Part shown: positions 61,301 to 64,000 of the stretch, piece by piece | Position numbering within the stretch: the first letter of the stretch is position 1 | Layout: each line of letters opens with the position of its first letter | Assembly: GCA_964016885.1 (NCBI GenBank) | Contig: OZ024742.1 | Span: 372,620,001 to 372,684,000, forward strand | Source of the DNA: Eledone cirrhosa | Taxonomy: Eukaryota | Length of the DNA stretch: 64,000 nt | Direction: 5' to 3' | Notes under the pieces: model-generated | What the model was told of the DNA's origin: nothing | What the model saw: the letters and a program-made list of their open reading frames with translations, nothing else | Databases searched by the model: none | Position numbers and translations under genes: made by a program

Positions 61301-64000
61301 AACTGTAAATTTCATTTTATAAACTGTAAATCTCTTTCTATATAAACTGTAAATCTCATTCTATATAAACTGTAAATCTCTTTCTATATAAACTGTAAAT
61401 CTCATTCTATATAAACTGTGAATCTCATTCTATAAACTGTAAATCTCTTTCTATATAAACTGTAAATATCATTCTTTATACACTGTAAATCTCTTTCTAT
61501 ATAAACTGTAAATCTCATTCTATATAAACTGTAAATCTCATTCTATAAACTGTAAATCTCTTTCTATATAAACTGTAAATCTCGTTCTATATAAGCTGTA
61601 AATCTCATTCTATAAACTGTAAATCTCTTTCTATATAAACTGTAAATCCCATTCTATATAAACTGTATATATCATTCTATAAACTGTAAATCACATTCTA
61701 TAAACTGTAAATCTCATTCTATATAAACTGTAAATCTCTTTCTATATGAACTGTAAATCTCATTCTATATAAATTGTAAATCTCATTCTATAAACTGTGA
61801 ATCTCATTCTATATAAACTGTAAATCTCATTCTATGAACTGTAAATCTCTTTCTATATAAACTGTATATATCATTCTATAAACTGTAAATCTCATTCTAT
61901 AAACTGTAAATCTCTTTCTATATAAGCTGTAAATCTCATTCTATGAACTGTAAATCTCTTTCTATATAAGCTGTAAATCTCATTCTATAAACTGTAAATC
62001 TCTTTCTATATAAACTGTAAATCTCATTCTATATAAACCGTAAATCTCTTTCTATATAAACTGTAAATTTCATTTTATAAACTGTAAATCTCTTTCTATA
62101 TAAACTGTAAATCCCATTCTATATAAACTGTATATATCATTCTATAAACTGTAAATCTCATTCTATAAACTGTAAATCTCTTTCTATATAAACTGTAAAT
62201 CTCATTCTTTATAAACTGTAAATCTAATTCTATATTAACTGTAAATCTGATTCTATAAACTGTAAATCTCTTTCTATATAAACTGTAAATCTCACTCTAT
62301 ATAAACTGTAAATCTCTTTCTATATAAACTGTAAATCTCGTTCTATATAAGCTGTAAATCTCATTCTATAAACTGTAAATCTCTTTCTATATAAACTGTA
62401 AATCCCATTCTATATAAACTGTATATATCATTCTATAAACTGTAAATCACATTCTATAAACTGTAAATCTCTTTCTATATAAACTGTAAATCTCATTCTA
62501 TATAAACTGTAAATCTCATTCTATAAACTGTGAATCTCATTCTATATAAACTGTAAATCTCATTCTATAAACTGTAAATCTCATTCTATGAACTGTAAAT
62601 CTCTTTCTATATAAACTGTAAATCTCATTCTATATATACTGTAAATCTCATTCTATAAACTGTAAATCTCTTTCTGTATAAACTGTAAATCTCATTCTAT
62701 ATGAACTGTAAATCTCTTTCTATATAAACTGTAAATTTCATTCTATAAACTGTAAATCTCTTTCTATATAAACTGTAAATCTCATTCTATATAAACTGTA
62801 AATCTCTTTCCATATAAACTGTAAATCTCATTCTATATAAGCTGTAAATCTCATTCTATAAACTGTACATCTCTTTCTATATAAACTGTAAATCCCATTC
62901 TATATAAACTGTATATATCATTCTATAAACTGTACATCTCATTCTATAAACTGTAAATCTCTTTCTATATGAACTGTAAATCTCATCCTATATAAACTGT
63001 AAATCTCATTCTATATTAACTGTAAATCTGATTCTATAAACTGTAAATCTCTTTCTATATAAACTCTTAATCTCATTCTATATAAACTGTAAATCTCATT
63101 CTATATAAACTGTATATATCATTCTATAAACTGTAAATCTCATTCTATAAACTGTAAATCTCTTTCTATATAAACTGTAAATCTAATTCTATATAAACTG
63201 TAAATCTCATTCTATATTAACTGTAAATCTGATTCTATAAACTGTAAATCTCTTTCTATATAAACTCTTAATCTCATTCTATATGAACTGTAAATCTCTT
63301 TCTATATAAACTGTGAATCTCATTCTATATATATGCTGTAAATCCCATTCTATGAACTGTAAATCTCTTTCTATATAAACTGTAAATCTTATTCTATATA
63401 AACTGTAAATCTCATTCTATAAACTGTAAATCTCTTTCTATATAAACTGGAAATCTCATTCTATATAAACTGTAAATCTCTTTATATATAAACTGTAAGT
63501 CTCATTCTATATAAACTGTGAATCTCATTCTATATACACTGTAAATCTCTTTCTATATAAACTGTAAATCTCATTTTATATAAACTGTAAATCTCATTCT
63601 ATAAACTGTAAATCTCTTTCTATATAAACTGTAAATCTCGTTCTATATAAGCTGTAAATCTCATTCTATAAGCTGTAAATCTCTTTCTACATAAACTGTA
63701 AATCTCGTTCTATATAAGCTGTAAATCTCATTCTATAAACTGTAAATCTCATTCTATAAACTGTAAATCTCATTCTATAAACTGTAAATCTCTTTCTATA
63801 TAAACTGTAAATCTCATTCTATATAAACTGTAAATCTCATTCTATATAAACTGTAAATCTCTTACTATATAAACTGTAAATCTCTTTCTATAAACTGTAA
63901 ATCTCTTTCTATATAAACTGTAAATCTCATTCTATATAAACTGTAAATCTCTTTCCATATAAACTGTAAATCTCATTCTATATAAGCTGTAAATCTCATT
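49350..64000. repeat. Second copy of a ~25.38-kb segmental tandem duplication (matches ~23971-38623), truncated by the window end
   Basis: Constant offset of 25,377: AACGGT 27924/53301, 31590/56967, 35903/61280; TATGCTATAT 30101/55478; CTTACTA 38484/63861. The offset is 25,379 upstream of the TA indel (ATACTATATT 24081/49460). Confidence 0.93.

Larger units (their letters stand above)
1..64000. repeat. AT-rich tandem satellite array of 21/23-bp monomers, consensus C(A/T)TTCTA(TA)TAAACTGTAAATCT, single orientation, open at both window ends
   Basis: Every line consists of the motif AAACTGTAAATCT followed by CATTCTAT, CATTCTATAT or CTTTCTATAT, with scattered point variants. The A23 monomer has 9 A, 9 T, 4 C and 1 G. 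No unique sequence was seen, and the reverse-complement motif AGATTTACAGTTT was never seen on the + strand. Confidence 0.99.

Noticed and set aside
1-64000. CRISPR array (21-23 bp repeated unit)
   Set aside because: Monomers abut directly with no unique spacers, and there is no leader or cas gene.
1-64000. Repeat-protein coding sequence (the 21-mer reads open as HSINCKS on + and RFTVYRM on -)
   Set aside because: The more abundant 23-mers shift frame and introduce TAA (+ strand) or TAG/TGA (- strand) within a few monomers in every frame, so no long ORF is possible.
1-64000. Telomerase-made telomeric array (long-unit yeast type, given the C>G strand skew and 23-bp unit)
   Set aside because: It does not match telomeric repeats I know, including the Candida albicans 23-mer, and has no G-runs. 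Variants are inherited in kb-scale blocks, which indicates recombination or replication copying and not templated synthesis. A recombination-maintained terminal satellite cannot be excluded.
1-64000. Real promoters at the TATATAAA motifs
   Set aside because: The motif is simply part of the monomer. There is no downstream gene or other promoter context, so it is not annotated as a feature.
1-64000. Transposon insertions, inversions or orientation switches
   Set aside because: No non-satellite sequence or reverse-complement monomer was seen on reading through, although a very short one could be missed by eye.
1-64000. Strong intrinsic curvature from phased A-tracts, or G-quadruplex/hairpin structure
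   Set aside because: A-tracts are only 3 bp and spaced 7 and 14-16 bp apart, not ~10.5. There are no G-runs, and the only palindromes are short TATA/TATATA.
1-64000. Deliberate information code (synthetic data storage or programmed variant cassettes) in the monomer order
   Set aside because: The variant pattern is accounted for by nested duplication plus point mutation. No recombinase, expression site or addressing structure is present.
1-64000. Plasmid or viral iteron/origin repeats (iterons are ~17-22 bp)
   Set aside because: Iteron clusters contain a handful of copies next to a rep gene. This array has thousands of copies over more than 64 kb and no genes.

Overview
The whole 64-kb window is one uninterrupted, head-to-tail, AT-rich (~78% AT) satellite array, most likely eukaryotic heterochromatin; I cannot assign a species or a named family. 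It holds roughly 2,850-2,900 monomers, estimated from length. Three types dominate: A23 CATTCTATATAAACTGTAAATCT, T23 CTTTCTATATAAACTGTAAATCT and A21 CATTCTATAAACTGTAAATCT. I found no genes, RNA genes, transposon insertions, inversions or CRISPR spacers. The information lies in rare monomer variants, which act as barcodes and reveal nested higher-order repeats (HORs). These are a loose 67-bp A23-A21-T23 grammar, tandem duplications of 337, 1,011, 1,589, ~3,900-4,000, 4,309 and 4,809 bp, an older ~15-kb paralogy, and a near-identical ~25.38-kb duplication running off the right end. All offsets were counted by hand from marker variants, and block boundaries are approximate (about one or two monomers). 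I see no direct evidence for a novel gene system; any function (centromeric, protein-binding, transcribed) is inference only.
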